Assembly (NCBI GenBank): GCA_964016885.1
Contig: OZ024747.1
Coordinates: forward strand, 71,052,001-71,116,000
Direction: 5' to 3'
DNA length: 64,000 nt
From: Eledone cirrhosa
Taxonomy: Eukaryota
The translations under genes were made by a program, and so were the position numbers. Shown here one piece after another: positions 26,283 to 39,999 of this stretch. How positions within the stretch are numbered: the first letter of the stretch is position 1; the number at the start of each line of letters is the position of its first letter. The notes under the pieces are model-generated. The model was not told the origin of the DNA. It saw nothing but the letters and a program-made list of their open reading frames with translations, and did no database searches.

Positions 26283-26700
26283 GCGTAGATTACTTAGACT
26301 TAAATTTAGATCTTCACACCTTTAGACCTTTCCATAAACTAAATGAAAAACTAAATTACATACACAAGGACTCGTGCCACCCTCCCACACTTTTCAGAAA
26401 CGTCATGAAAAATATCTCGCACTAGAATATCTAACCACTCTTCTAATAATGCTTCTCACAATCAATTGCTTACTTCCCTACTAACGCCAATAACAATAGA
26501 AAAAGAAATCGTGTTAATAGAAAAATAATTTGGTTCTCCTCACTTCTCACTCGAGGATAAAACTAATGTAGGTAAACATGTTTTAGCTCTCTTTGATAGG
26601 CACTTCACCATAGGTCATAAATATCGCTCCATCTTTAATAGACACAGGGTACTCCTGTGCTAAGAATATGAAGGCCCACATCACCAGCAACACTAAGAGC
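26283..26700 (+). pseudogene. Penelope-like element RT thumb/linker fragment, inverted relative to its endonuclease part
   Basis: VDYLDLNLDL..RPFHKLNEKLNYIHKDSCHPP..; RKIIWF..KTNVGKHVLALFDRHF..HKYRSIFNRH..YSCAKNMKAHITSN. Confidence 0.75.
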
Positions 26701-27170
26701 AGAACCGTTCCTGGATGCTTTGCCGAAGGCCTGAATTTTGTCCCCTTCAAAGGTATTAGACTTACGATCATATGGGTTAGATTCCTCGACTTGTGTGTTG
26801 TGTTCCTAAGCAGAGCCTGGCGTAAAGGCTTGTTTATGTTTGTGATAGAGAGGGCATGCTGCCTTCAACCGTGCCGCTGTTGTACGTAAGAAGCAAATCA
26901 GAAAAACGGTGGACAGACCAGAAAGTACAGTGGGTTTCAATTTTATTTGAGACGACCTAACGACCTTGGGGGGGGGGGGGAACTTGGTTATTTAAGATCA
27001 AATTTATTCACTTTTCCACACACCACCTAGGACTTTCTCCAGCTTGTTACACATCCAGCTTTTCAGCACTGAACCAAAGAATCCATGAGTTTTCGTCGCT
27101 CTTGATCCACAGCTCCTTAATCAATTTGTGCACCAATATATACCACATCTGTCCTCTATACATGATTTAA

Positions 27171-27228
<58 letters not shown>

Positions 27229-27260
27229 TATATATCTTTCTCTCTCTCTTTGTCTCTCTT

Positions 27261-27297
<37 letters not shown>

Positions 27298-28019
27298 GGG
27301 TGGGGTTCATGTTTGCATGCACATGGGTGAGATAGTGAGAGATGAGAAGGGAGAAATTCTCCAATTACAGTAACCTATATTCTAATGAGTAGGTCTCTAT
27401 TGAAAATATAGTAAAATGTAGCGAAATGTCTTTCATTCACATCAGGGATGTATCCATGTAAAATATGGCGTCTGTAAAGTGAAAGAACGTTAATATAGCA
27501 TGAAGGGTCATTCAAATAGGAAGAATTGTACACTTCTGATTATTCTATGATAATATCGTAGTTAACTTGTTCAGTGTTAGCGTTTCAAAAATATTCACCG
27601 TTATCGGAGGACATATTAGTCTTTGCGCATATATATTTTTTTCATCATTATCATTGAAACCATCACATTCTTCTTCTTCTTCTTCTTCTTCTTCTTCTTC
27701 TTCTTCTTCTTCTTCTTCTTCTTCTTCTTCTTCTTCTTCTTCTTCTTCTTCTTCTTCTTCATCCTTACGGGGTCGATAAAATAAAGTACACTGGGGTAAT
27801 TGCTGGCCTTGTGCCAAAAGTAGACACAATTATTATTATTATTAATAATATTCGTCGTCTTCATCTTCTTCGTCTACTTCTCTCCTTATATATATACTTA
27901 CACATACGCACACATATATTCGTCCGGTTGGTCATCTTTTTCTGTCTTCGAAAATACTATATAGTATGTCATCTCTCTAATCTCAGTTCGGGAATTTACT
28001 GCACTTATGACATTACTAC

Positions 28020-28829
28020 TATTTATGTATTCAGATCCTATTAATTCATTCACTTTATTGTTCTTGTTGTTATCTGCCTCCAGAGCAACCAAATATTTGC
28101 ATCCCTCTTCAGTGTCAATTTCCTTTGTCATCTCACCTGTTGGTACCTGGATTCCATTGCTTCTGTTCAATTTACCCCTCTTCATCACTAGGACTCCACA
28201 ATTATTAACACCAAATTCCATACATATATCATTGCTGAAAATACGGACAGTGTTAACAAGTACATCCAACTCCTCTCTTTTTCCAAAAGTTTTAATTCGT
28301 CCATGAAGAGGAGGTGGTTCATGGTAGGCTTTCCTCTTCCCAGCTTGTATCCTGCTTTCACTTTTTGCAATATGAGGGTAAGGACAAATAACAAAGGGGA
28401 CAAACTATCTCTTTGGAAGATACCTCTCTTGATCTTCACGCCTCCAAAGGATTCTCCACCTGATGTTAGTTCTGTTTCCCAGGACTTCATACTTTTACTT
28501 AATAGCTGTCTGATGTTGTCTACCACCTTGAAGATCTCTAGGCTTTTGGTTATCCAAGAATGAGGAACCATGTCGAATACCTTCTTGTAATCTATCCATC
28601 CCATAGCAAGACCAGTATGCCTCCTCTTGAAATTCCTCATTATCATCTTATAAATAAGTAACTGGTCTTTTGTACCATGGGACTTCTTTCGGCATCCTTT
28701 CTGTTCGTCCGGTAACAAGTTGTTTATGTAGAGGTGATAGTAGATTTCTTCAGACACAATGTTTGTTAGCAGTTTCCACATTACGGACAGACATGTGATA
28801 AGCCTGTAGTTGGTAACCTCATTACCCTT
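28020..28829 (-). pseudogene. Degenerate R4/Dong-like RT fragment (second family)
   Basis: [61 protein letters not shown], then frameshift to [11 protein letters not shown]. Confidence 0.85.
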
Positions 28830-28843
28830 GATTATTATTATTT

Positions 28844-29030
28844 TTTCATTTATCTTGTTTTTTGTTCATACGAGTTATCACCAAGTCACAACCAGTGATC
28901 CCAAGAGACAACAAGGTCCTCCATGTTCAAGAAAGAACACATACACACATGTATCTGTAGGTGTTTAGACATGTGATGTACTTATATTGACAGAATCTTC
29001 CTTAGTATATGGGCAGTTCCTATTAGTGCT
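28844..29030 (-). mobile_element. Severely 5'-truncated R4/Dong-like 3' end inserted in (TAA)n
   Basis: C-terminal IALIGTAHILRKILSI* plus 3' UTR; (ATT)n on both sides. Confidence 0.65.
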
Positions 29031-29049
29031 ATATTATTATTATTATTAT

Positions 29050-29132
<83 letters not shown>

Positions 29133-30015
29133 ATTTTGCTGTTGCAGTTGTTTCTATTTGTTTCATAAATCATTGAAAATACATTAACTATCTTCACATT
29201 TTCTGTGATCAATTATCGTTGAGTTTCTCTTTCTTTTTTGTTTTGGGGTTTCAAAAATCTAATAGTAAGTCCATATTTCTTCTTTCTAAATATCGATTAG
29301 TCATGATGCCACAGTTGTCAAGATGTTTCTTAATGGTCCTTTATCTACCGTCATACCATGTTATATCACCCCTCACCCCACCCGACTGTCTCTCTCTCCT
29401 CTCTTGTACTATATGATCTGTTTAGATTAGAAATTCCCCAAAGTATGTTTCGCTCTTGTTTTCTCTTACGTTCTTTCTTAAGATTGCGATTTTACTCTTT
29501 TATTTTATTACTTTTTTGTCTTGTACATTATATGTCAAGCGTCTTGCATAATGCCCACAAAAGAATGTGTACGTTCCTGACATGCGTATAACACTTGGGC
29601 TGCCTGTCTTCATGTTCTGGTGTTGCAATTCTACGTGAGCAATTGTTTCATCAAATTTAGCTCATAGGTGACACTTCAGGGAAATAACCTGCCCGACAGT
29701 CTTCTTCTTAATGACTTTATTTGCTGTTGTTCGTTCATGTGCAGCAAAAGGCACCTCATAGCTCACTCTAATTCTTTCTGTCTTAGCCTTTCTCTGACTC
29801 CAGCTTTAATACACTTCTATGCAAACATTTCCTTCCATTCCTTGCCTTACTCATATATCCTTTGTTAGCTCTGCCAGTTTAGACATATAATGTTTTCAAT
29901 TCCTTTCTTTTTACAACATCATCTATCATTAATTTTTTTTTCTCTGTGCGTCATCCATATTTGTGCGAGTCTCCGTGAAATGGCGGATATCTCACAGTAA
30001 GCAGAAGGAATCTAC

Positions 30016-30092
30016 CTGCAGCACATGTTCAATTCTAGATTCAGCCATTTTACCTTCATTTACATCTGCGTTTTTCTGATAAAGCCGGCAGT
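30016..30092 (-). other. Candidate small exon
   Basis: TATTTCCCTCTAG acceptor, CAG|GTAGAT donor, open frame CRLYQKNADVNEGKMAESRIEHVLQ. Confidence 0.2.
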
Positions 30093-32280
30093 CTAGAGGG
30101 AAATAGTCTGTTGTGACTAACTTGTCTATGATACAGTATATGAAAACGAAGCATTCAGTGGTGTTTCAGCCTCTCATAATCAATTTCCAGATATTTTCCA
30201 TCAAAGCTAAGAATATCAACTTCACCACACTTTTAAAATCTGATCTTGTACTCAAGTAAATATCATTATTTTACATAATATTTTATTCACTCGATGTTTA
30301 TTATATTTATTATATTTATTATATTACTCAACATTAACTGCTTATTTTAGTATATTATATGATTTTTGATCTTTTGTAGAGAGTAAATTGTTGTTCTATA
30401 TACTACATTTTGTTTAGTATCTACCTTTTTTATTGCCTGTGAATGACGATAGAACAAAATCCATCAAAACATAACCATCCTCTTAGTTGATCACATTCGT
30501 CATTCAACTAACAAAAGAATAGATTTTAATCTAAACAAAATCACATTCATTTATAAAATCAACAGTTCTATTTTGTTGAGAAATGTGAAGATTTTAAACT
30601 AAAATATATTTCGTATTACAAACACCAATTTGAGGCAGGGAAATATCAATAACAGTCCTATTAACGTAACTTTAATCATGTATCAATTGCTCACTGAAGG
30701 TAGAGGACCTGGCATATCCTTTATCAACTTCGGCATTACAAATGTTTCTGATATTTTAACTCACTTATTTCATCACAAACATGTCATTCATTCCTGGGCT
30801 AAGAAAATAGGCTATTCTAATCTATTATGCGGTCAATTGCAAAATATGTATATACTTCCAAACCTTCAGTGAGACTGTTACTGTTTCCTAAACCTATTCA
30901 ACACTACTATACAATTATAAGTCTTATGACCTTCCCATGTATAGCGGAATACAAGCAAAGTCAATTTGAATCGAGTCTCTCAAAATGTTATATCCACAAG
31001 GTGCAAGGTTATTAAATTAGGTTACAAGTGGTGGATCATGCTAATTTTGAGGACAGTAAGCTTCTATTTAATGTTTTATTTGAGATTACAACCCGCTACT
31101 TTATATTGAAAAAGTAAATGCAGTTTCTTTGCCATATTCTGAAATACTTTGATTTATCTTGTATTATGAATGCACAAGCTTGGGAAATAAATCGTGCGTA
31201 TTTTAAAATAAGTCTTGATTGAACCAAAACTATACCCATTTATACAACAATCAATTGACAAAAGGCGAAGTAAGATAAAATGTTTCGAATTCCCTGGCTA
31301 ACGGATTTACACCTTTCAAACTGGATGAGAAAAATAAAGCAATAGCAATAAAGCTAATGTAATGTGTGCAAAGCTTATGTAAAGTGTGCAATACGAAAAG
31401 ACAAAACCAATTTAACAAAGCCTGTTTCTTTGGGTAAAGAGAAAAATAATGCCGTAATACATTGTTTTGTACCAAACTCTCTAAAGCTATTTCACTATTT
31501 GGCAAATAACAATATTAAAACCAAGCAGAATTTGTAGCTTGTCATTCGTAGCGTCAATCAAGGAATCATCATTTGAAGCTGAATAGACCGAAATAAAGAG
31601 CACTACTCCATCCTTACTGAAAGAGCAAATTATTAAAGTCAGTTCTCCATGACTTTGGATGAATCAAAGATATTGCTTTTGAGAACCATCTATGTGTGTT
31701 TGTGTGATGCATATTACAATAAACGACAAGGTAAAACCTCTGTGGCATTAATAATTCTCTCTACACTTCAATGAAATTAGATAACCCAAACATGCTTCTC
31801 ATAAACTACTTTTTCTACTGTCTATATTTAGCATATTCTCATATTACTGAAGAAATAACGTCTAATAATGACTATTTTTAACTCAGTTTCATATATCAGC
31901 TCTACAAAAAGAACCATACATAGAAAAATATACAGCAATGGTGAAGAACGATTCAAAATTACTTCCCTTTCTTCCAAAATTTGCTTAGCGATAAATACCT
32001 GTCTAAAAAGAACCTTTAGCCATTTAGTCGTGCAGGTAAATTATATTTTCGAATGGTAAGTGTTTATTGTATCGAGTATTATGCATGTTATGTATCAAGA
32101 TGAAATGAATCAACTTATAAGATTATAATGCCTTCCTTGTAGAATATTTTTAATAAATGGCGGATTATTGTATTATTCCAGAGGAAGTGTAAATAGTTTT
32201 ACGATATAGAACTAATTGTTTGATATTTTATGGGAAATGAGTCCTCTACGTTATTGTTATTATTATTACATTCTTGATTA

Positions 32281-32460
32281 GGGTGGTAGAGTCGAACGCC
32301 ATGCTTTGCAGCATAGAGTTACGACCCTTTACGGTCTGAGTTCAAATCCCGCCGAGGTTAACTTTGCCTTTCATCCTTACGGCGTCGATAAAACAGAGCA
32401 CCAATAACGTACTGGGGTCGATTTAATCGACTTTCCACACCTCCCAAATTACTGGCCTTG
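32281..32460 (+). mobile_element. SINE family A copy
   Basis: B-box and core. Confidence 0.8.
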
Positions 32461-34055
32461 ATTGAGCGGCATGAAACAAACATTAGTCTGTGAAATTTGA
32501 TCTCAGGTCCAAGAGGGATTGGAATAAATATTATGATACATTTAACTCAGTGATCGATTATATCACTTCTCCGGCATACTCGCCGTGTAAATATATTCAG
32601 TTCTTTACACAAAGCTTCAGTTATATATGGAAAGGGGAATACATAGGTTGGAGTATGGAGATCATGTGGTGAATTGTACCATAGGTTTCTCTAATAAAGG
32701 AGACTAGTGGCATATTTTCGTTCCTTGAAATGGATGTATACGTTAGTGTTTGGTTTGTCATATTAATCCAAATTTTCTCGACACTTTCACAAAACTTCTT
32801 TGTCTTTCTCGTGTCATCGTTATATAAAAGTCATTCTTCATTTCTACAGGAGAGTAAGTTTATTTGTAAAGAGATGCTTTATATTTAGCCTGTTATTCTT
32901 TGAAAATAATTAAAACTTTGTTATCAAAATTCTATATTATAAGTAGAAATACCATCATTGCTTATAATATATTCCTTTAGATACCCCATGACTCAATTCT
33001 ATGATATCAGCAGTCGACGAAATACTATTCTGTGAGACGTCCATCTCATTTCAGCCAAGAAAAGCACCACTAATTCCATCTTTACTCCTCCATGATAATT
33101 CCAATAATTTCCAGGTAGTATAGTGACGATAGATTAGAAAATATGCCATAGGCTTTGATCTATTTATCACGCCAAATTTATTGACAGCATTACATATTAT
33201 GATCAAATCGATCCTGAATAGCTTAAACCAGTTACGCATTTGGCATGGCTCTCGCAACGTCACGACAAGACAATGAAGACCTGGTTGGTTGTCTAAAAGG
33301 CAGGACACTACCTACGTGCCATCTGTAAAATCATATTGAATGATAAGATGAAGAACAGTAGCATTCTCACATAATGAAAAGTGGTTGGAGTCGAAAGTTT
33401 TCTAATCAAAATAAAATTATGATGATCCAGATATGTTGTGTGTACAGAAATATGTCTATAATATTCGATGTATTCCTGATGAGCAAAATGCCGAATAATG
33501 TGTAATCTGGTGGCACTGACATAGTTTCGAAAACAGGTTGAAATACTGATGACTGCTACACATCTTAACCTGGTAATCCTAGAAACGCTATGATTCACTA
33601 GATTCACAAAAAAGGAACAGAACGTCGACACGAAAAGATATAATGCAACGTTGCCACAATATATTTATGGGGCATATCACGTGACTTTCTAGCGGGGTTC
33701 AAACAATGCATCTGTCATGAAAGACATCAGTGAAGCAACGAAAAATGTACAAAGATTCATTATTTCGTAATATTGCAATACACACAGTAAACTATTCAGA
33801 GAACTAGCAGCTATCGTGTTCGAACCGATTTCACGACCAGAATCCACAGACAGTGACATGATATTCACACACATCCCTCCACATTTCACTAGACAATGCT
33901 ACTGAGCTATTCCAAAACTATATAAATTACTTAGATACCGGAGTCAAAAGCAAACGGTACAAAATCAACTTCTCCCTTCAGATAATATCAGGGAAAAACA
34001 AACACACCAGACCATCACTCTAAACAACAAACAATTACCCAGCGGACACAGACGC

Positions 34056-34184
<129 letters not shown>

Positions 34185-34523
34185 CAGCACACGTTGAAAT
34201 CTTCTTTAAGAGAGCAAAAAAACTCGCAAGCATACGTAGAATTAGAACACATAGGTACAGCATTTAATCAACTCAAACAAAAATAGACCACAAATAATAG
34301 ATTAGCTATATCCTGTTCTTATATCGATCTGCCTAGGCCTTCCTTTACTCTGTTCATAACAAACCACAACACACACTTCAAAGGTACACAGATCTCACCA
34401 GCAGTTGACCTCTACAATCAAACAACACAACATAATAGACATACTAAAAACGAAAAAAACAAATATCTGTACAATCAAGAAGCAGAGTTTATGTTACTTC
34501 ATCAAGCTTTAAAAACATCACAG

Positions 34524-35150
34524 CTTCTTCTTCTTCTTCTTCTTCTTCTTCTTCTTCTTCTTCTTCTTCTTCTTCTTCTTCTTCTTCTTCTTCTTCTTCT
34601 CCTCCTCCTCATCCTCCTCCTCCTCCGCCTCCTTCTTCTTCTTCTACTCCCTCTTCTCCTTCTTCTTGCTTATAGCTATTCCGGTGAATGACTATACATT
34701 TGTGTATTCGACTGAATCCTCAACCGAAACCAGTCGAGCTCCTGGATGTTACCCAGCCATTTTATTCGGAGTTGGTTCTGTTCGTAAAATCTGTCCTTCG
34801 GCGAATCCCATTTCGGCTGCTTGTATTCGCGTTCGTATTCTTTCAATCATTCTCCAAGATTTATGACCATAGGAAAGGGTTAGCACGAATACTGAATTGA
34901 AGATAGCGAGATTGGCTTTTACACCTACCTCCTTTCTTGTGATTACCGAATACTGAATCTGGTGTATTACTGCACCAGCTACTGCAATTCTTACACATCA
35001 TCCAGCCTCTTGCCTTTCATCACTCGTGAACACTTCCCGAGATACTTGAACTTCTCTACCCTCTTCAGTGGAACTCCATTCCCCTGTAGAGTGCACTGCG
35101 CATGCTTCCTTGAGAGGACGTCTCAGCTTTCGCAGAACTGATTTGAAAGA
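34524..35150 (-). pseudogene. RTE (Rex3/Expander-like) LINE 3' remnant ending in a (GAA)n tract
   Basis: VPLKRVEKFKYLG..RIAVAGAVIHQIQYSVITRKEVGVKANLAIFNSVFVLTLSYGHKSWRMIERIRTRIQAAEMGF. Confidence 0.75.
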
Positions 35151-36480
35151 TGTCATGACATAAATATTGATATAATCCTTTTATATACCTAGAGAATAAG
35201 GAACGCATACACACAGAAATAGCTAAAGGCATTGTACTGGAATACACACCATCAAAAATGTGTATATAAGAAGGGAAATATTGCGTCATGATCAAGTCCA
35301 TTTTCTTGCCATCGCATTTGCCATTGCAGTTTACTTTTAAATTCAATTTGTGATATATGTATATAAGAATTTTGACTAATTTTTCATCATTTATTTCAAT
35401 ATGACACTCAAGCATAATATTAATATCGCTTTATCATCAACATAATTCTCAGCAGCATCGCATTCTCAGCCGCCATTTGATATAAATAGCAGTGAAACCT
35501 CTCAAATCGAAATAATATTTTAAAAAGAACACATTGGATATTTTAGTCATACATTCAATATACCTGCCAACAAAATTATGCGATTGTCATAACTGGAATG
35601 TCTTTGACCATAGGCTTACTCAGCAACGGCTAAGAGGGATGTAAAAACATATCTACGACAACAGCATCAACTGCAGCATAAAACAATAACAACAACCCTA
35701 CCTGAATGCAAGTGTCAGCAGTTAATGATTCTGCTAGTAGCAGTATTCCTCTATCTTAGCAACAAGCTAATTAACTATAGCAATAAGCTGAATTTTAACT
35801 ATGGCAGCTAATATAATTACAACGACAACCGTTAGATGACATTCCACTATAATCTGTAATCTCGGTTTAGTGAAAATCCAAACGATATCAAAATCCCAGA
35901 CATTTTAATGATAAATCCTTCTTTAATCATTTCTATTAATATCTTATTTATGCGGCAGTCTTTCTTTGCTACTCCTTCAATTTCATTCCTCATCCCACCC
36001 ATCCGCTCTCTCATTTCTTTTCCACAATCGGCCAGTCACTTTCTCATGAAATACATTTTCTTTTTATCTCTATCACAGAGTTTCTGCTCCCTGCACCTCT
36101 TTTTAATTACTTAATATTCGCTTCATCTACCCTTTACTGTGTCTTTTCTATTTAGTATATTATAAGGTCGTGGGTTCGATTACAGCTGCGGGTGAAGCAT
36201 TGTGATTTTGTGCATAATAAATTATGTCACGTTGCTCTTTATGCCAAGTGTTGCGACCGGCAGATATTACCATCCATAGGAGACCAACTAACATATTGTT
36301 TCCTTGGTCCAATCTAACGATCAGTTCTTTTCATTGCCATTTATTTTTTTCTCTCTCTCCTCCCCTCTTCTTTTTTTCTTTCCCGGCAATCCACACACAC
36401 GTTCACGTAATCTAATAGTTTTCCTTCTGACTTTTATCATTTTTTTCTTTCTTCTCTTTCTCCATGTCACTCAATCTCTT

Positions 36481-36576
<96 letters not shown>

Positions 36577-36661
36577 CCTCTATCTCTATCTATCTATCTA
36601 TCTTTCTCTATCTCCCTCTCTCTCTCTCTCTCTCTCTCTTTCTCACACTCTCTCTCACTCT

Positions 36662-36698
<37 letters not shown>

Positions 36699-36735
36699 TA
36701 TGCAAAAGGCAAACAGAAATAACAAACAAAGCATA

Positions 36736-36804
<69 letters not shown>

Positions 36805-36947
36805 TTTGTGTGTCTGTGTGTGTGCGTGTGCGCGCGCGCGCGTGTGTGTGTGTATATGCGTGTGTGTGAGACAAATTACAAAGCAAACGACACAGTACAA
36901 TGAAGAAATGTATTATTAGTTTTACGCTTGATATGGTAAGAAAAGAG

Positions 36948-36983
36948 TCTTAACGTTTTCGACGCTAGTCCTTCATCAGAAAA
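36948..36983 (-). ncRNA. Minimal hammerhead motif, same family as 1621-1656
   Basis: CTGATGA-AG-GAC/tagc/GTC-GAAA-ACGTT-A; flanks are homologous to 1608-1740. Confidence 0.6.
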
Positions 36984-37708
36984 TAGAATGAGAAATCAAA
37001 GCAGAAACAATATGTTAAAGGAGAATGGGCGTGGCAGAAATGAAACAAAAATTCACTGACAAAACTCTTTTGTTTAAAATAGGTTCAACTACACCAGTGG
37101 GTTTTTGGTTCGCTTTAGGGAGGCCCACTCTGTTAAAAACATTTGAAAAAGGCCTCTGGTGAAAGCATAACATTCTTCTACATTTATTCCAAACTCAGAG
37201 ACCCTGTAAATGTTCATGGGTCCTGACACACTCCATCTGACTAAGCTAAAATATGAATAAAAATGAGTTCAAGAGATGACTTACAAAAAACAACAGTCAA
37301 AACTCCATCAACGTATACACATATTATCTTAAATAACAGAATGATATATTAGTTATATTATATTTATACAATACCTGAGAAAATTACGATGGTCAAAGAT
37401 AGAAAGGTTTTGATTATCAGTCTACTCTATCAGAGCTGGCCTAAAGCTGAACAGCTGTAAACAAAATTGTTTTGTCTTTGTTCTTATAATTCTTATTGTC
37501 AAACAATCCATGCGTCGGCCATTTTGTCTTTGTCTTTTATAGTAAATATTTTCACTCATTCATCACCTCACTCTATCACCATCTCTCTCTTCTGTTGGAG
37601 AGAAACAAACATATGGACAGAGAAACATACACCCGTGAGTATGGTCTGTGTATGTGTGTAGTTCTGCGTGTGCACATATAAATATATATACATATATATA
37701 TATATATA

Positions 37709-37841
37709 GAAGTGGTTACACAACAGTTAGTTCACCATACCGAGAACAATTGTTTCATTTTAGCGGATTACGAGCTGAGTATCCGCTAAGGTGAAACAAT
37801 TGTTCTCGGTATGGTGAACTAACTGTTGTGTAACCACATCT
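37709..37841. repeat. Near-perfect palindrome containing a hammerhead-like variant (37771-37809, +)
   Basis: GTGGTTACACAACAGTTAGTTCACCATACCGAGAACAATTGTTTCA mirrored; CGAG-CTGAGTA-TCCGCTAAGGT-GAAA-CAATTG-TT-CTCG. Confidence 0.75.
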
Positions 37842-37900
37842 ACCTAACTCGTCACATGGACTGAGTACTCTACCATTACGGATATTACCTTCCAGTGTAC

Positions 37901-38035
<135 letters not shown>

Positions 38036-38112
38036 AAAGCATGTATTGAGTTAAAAACTCAAAATAGTCTCATTACAGTAAAATTAGCTCTAGGAAAAGG
38101 TTTTCCGAGCCG

Positions 38113-38574
38113 TATAGTATAACTGAACAAAAAAGAAAAACGAACACAGACATATACATGTATGCGTTCAAATCGTAATGGACCAGAAACGCTAAGGTGA
38201 AAAAAATACTAACTGCAGACAATAGGTTTTGCTGGACTCAATTTAAGAATAAATCAAGAAAAATAAATACAAACCAGTATTGTGGTAACTAACCATCACC
38301 CGGACGGTTTTTGATGGAACCGTTTCGCAATATTATTTGTGAAGAGGTATATCAAATTCTTAGCTCATCAACGGGTGAAGAATTAGAATCCTGATCACTT
38401 CTAAATAAAATAAAATAAAGAACTGGGTAGTGTGTGTATATGTAACGCACATGGTTTCCGAACTTAGCGCGTCACGCAGACTCACGTTACTAAAAATAGC
38501 AGCGGGTCTAGACGATTTGAACGCATACATGTATATGTCTGTGTTCGTTTTTCTTTTTTGTTCAGTTATACTAT
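38113..38574. mobile_element. Inverted-repeat cassette (~63-bp arms) enclosing a hammerhead; PLE-end-like
   Basis: TATAGTATAACTGAACAAAAAAGAAAAACGAACACAGACATATACATGTATGCGTTCAAATCGT and its reverse complement. Confidence 0.8.
38296..38378 (-). ncRNA. Type I hammerhead ribozyme with a full stem III, C3U variant
   Basis: TCACCCG-TTGATGA-GC..GC-GAAA-CGGTT/ccatcaaa/AACCG-TC-CGGGTGA; 7-bp stem I, 6-bp stem III, GUC site. Confidence 0.75.
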
Positions 38575-38592
38575 ATATATATACATTTATAT

Positions 38593-38638
<46 letters not shown>

Positions 38639-38736
38639 ATATATAAATGTATATATATAGTATAACTGAACAAAAAAGAAAATATGTCTGTGTTCGTTTT
38701 TCTTTTTTGTTCAGTTATACTATAAATATATACATT

Positions 38737-38832
<96 letters not shown>

Positions 38833-38960
38833 AAAGTTCTATTTAAACTGTTGGGATACAACAAGCAAATATTTTTATAACTGATATAAAGCACTCAACA
38901 AATATTTGGAGTAAAAATACGATATTAACAAATGGAAACTATATTTATAAAACCATATTT

Positions 38961-39023
38961 ATTTCATTATACATATTTCAAGGACACAAAGTTAAATTAT
39001 GGTGTGCTTTCATCAGATAAAAT
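38961..39023 (-). ncRNA. Type I hammerhead ribozyme
   Basis: ATTTTAT-CTGATGA-AAGCACACCA..TTGTGTCCTT-GAAA-TATGTA-TA-ATGAAAT. Confidence 0.7.
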
Positions 39024-39688
39024 ATAATATAGAGCAGTTTTATAAATAAATATTGACATACCCTTAAAGAATGCAACCATTACTGTTGGAAGCTCCCGGA
39101 TAGTGGAGTTGTAGCTTTAATTATATTATTAGTATTGGATATTTTTAAAATAAGCCGTTGGGTTACGGAGAAAGAGAAATAAGCAGAACAACAGAGAGAG
39201 AAAGACAGAGAGAGAGAGAGGAGACAGAGAAAAAGGAGAGAGAACGAAAAACTCTAAGTCATATCTTGTTGAGTTAACTTAACAATTGAGATGAAATGAA
39301 TAAATAAAATTAGAAATGTTAATAATCATGAATGGAATATACATATATAGTATGAGAAATTTAACCATTGTTTAAATATGATTAGATGTTTAGTTAATCA
39401 GTTAAATATTGAGATCAATATAATAAAAATTGGGATCTATATATTATTAAACATCTATATATTATATAACACGCAAAAATACATACATATAAATATATAT
39501 ACACACTTATAAAAATAATTATACATATCTAACTACGTATACAATATATACATACAAAATATAAAGGATTCTTTAATTTAATTTAAGATATAGGAATCTT
39601 ATAAAATGTTATAATTGTTAAGATATTAAAGGAAATTTTATGTTATACACATTTTATGTTATTTATGTTATTAACTGATCTATATTAT

Positions 39689-39751
39689 ATTTTATCTGAT
39701 GAAAGCACACCATAATTTAACTTGGTGTCCTTGAAATATGTATAATGAAAT
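39689..39751 (+). ncRNA. Type I hammerhead ribozyme
   Basis: ATTTTAT-CTGATGA-AAGCACACCA..TGGTGTCCTT-GAAA-TATGTA-TA-ATGAAAT; 7-bp stem I, AUA site. Confidence 0.7.
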
Positions 39752-39792
39752 GAATATGGTTTTATAAATATAGTTTCCATTTGTTAATATCG

Positions 39793-39850
<58 letters not shown>

Positions 39851-39947
39851 AATGTATATATATATATAGTATAACTGAACAAAAAAGAAAAACTAACACA
39901 GACAGTGTGTGTGTGTATGTGTGTGAGAGAGTGTGTGTGTGTATATG

Positions 39948-39999
<52 letters not shown>

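Larger units (their letters stand above)
38917..39795. mobile_element. Inverted-repeat cassette (~116-bp arms), one hammerhead per arm
   Basis: 38917-39032 is the reverse complement of 39679-39795 with few mismatches. Confidence 0.8.

Noticed and set aside
33475-33590. Two CTGATGA heptamers as hammerheads
   Set aside because: No correctly placed GAAA with stems II and III
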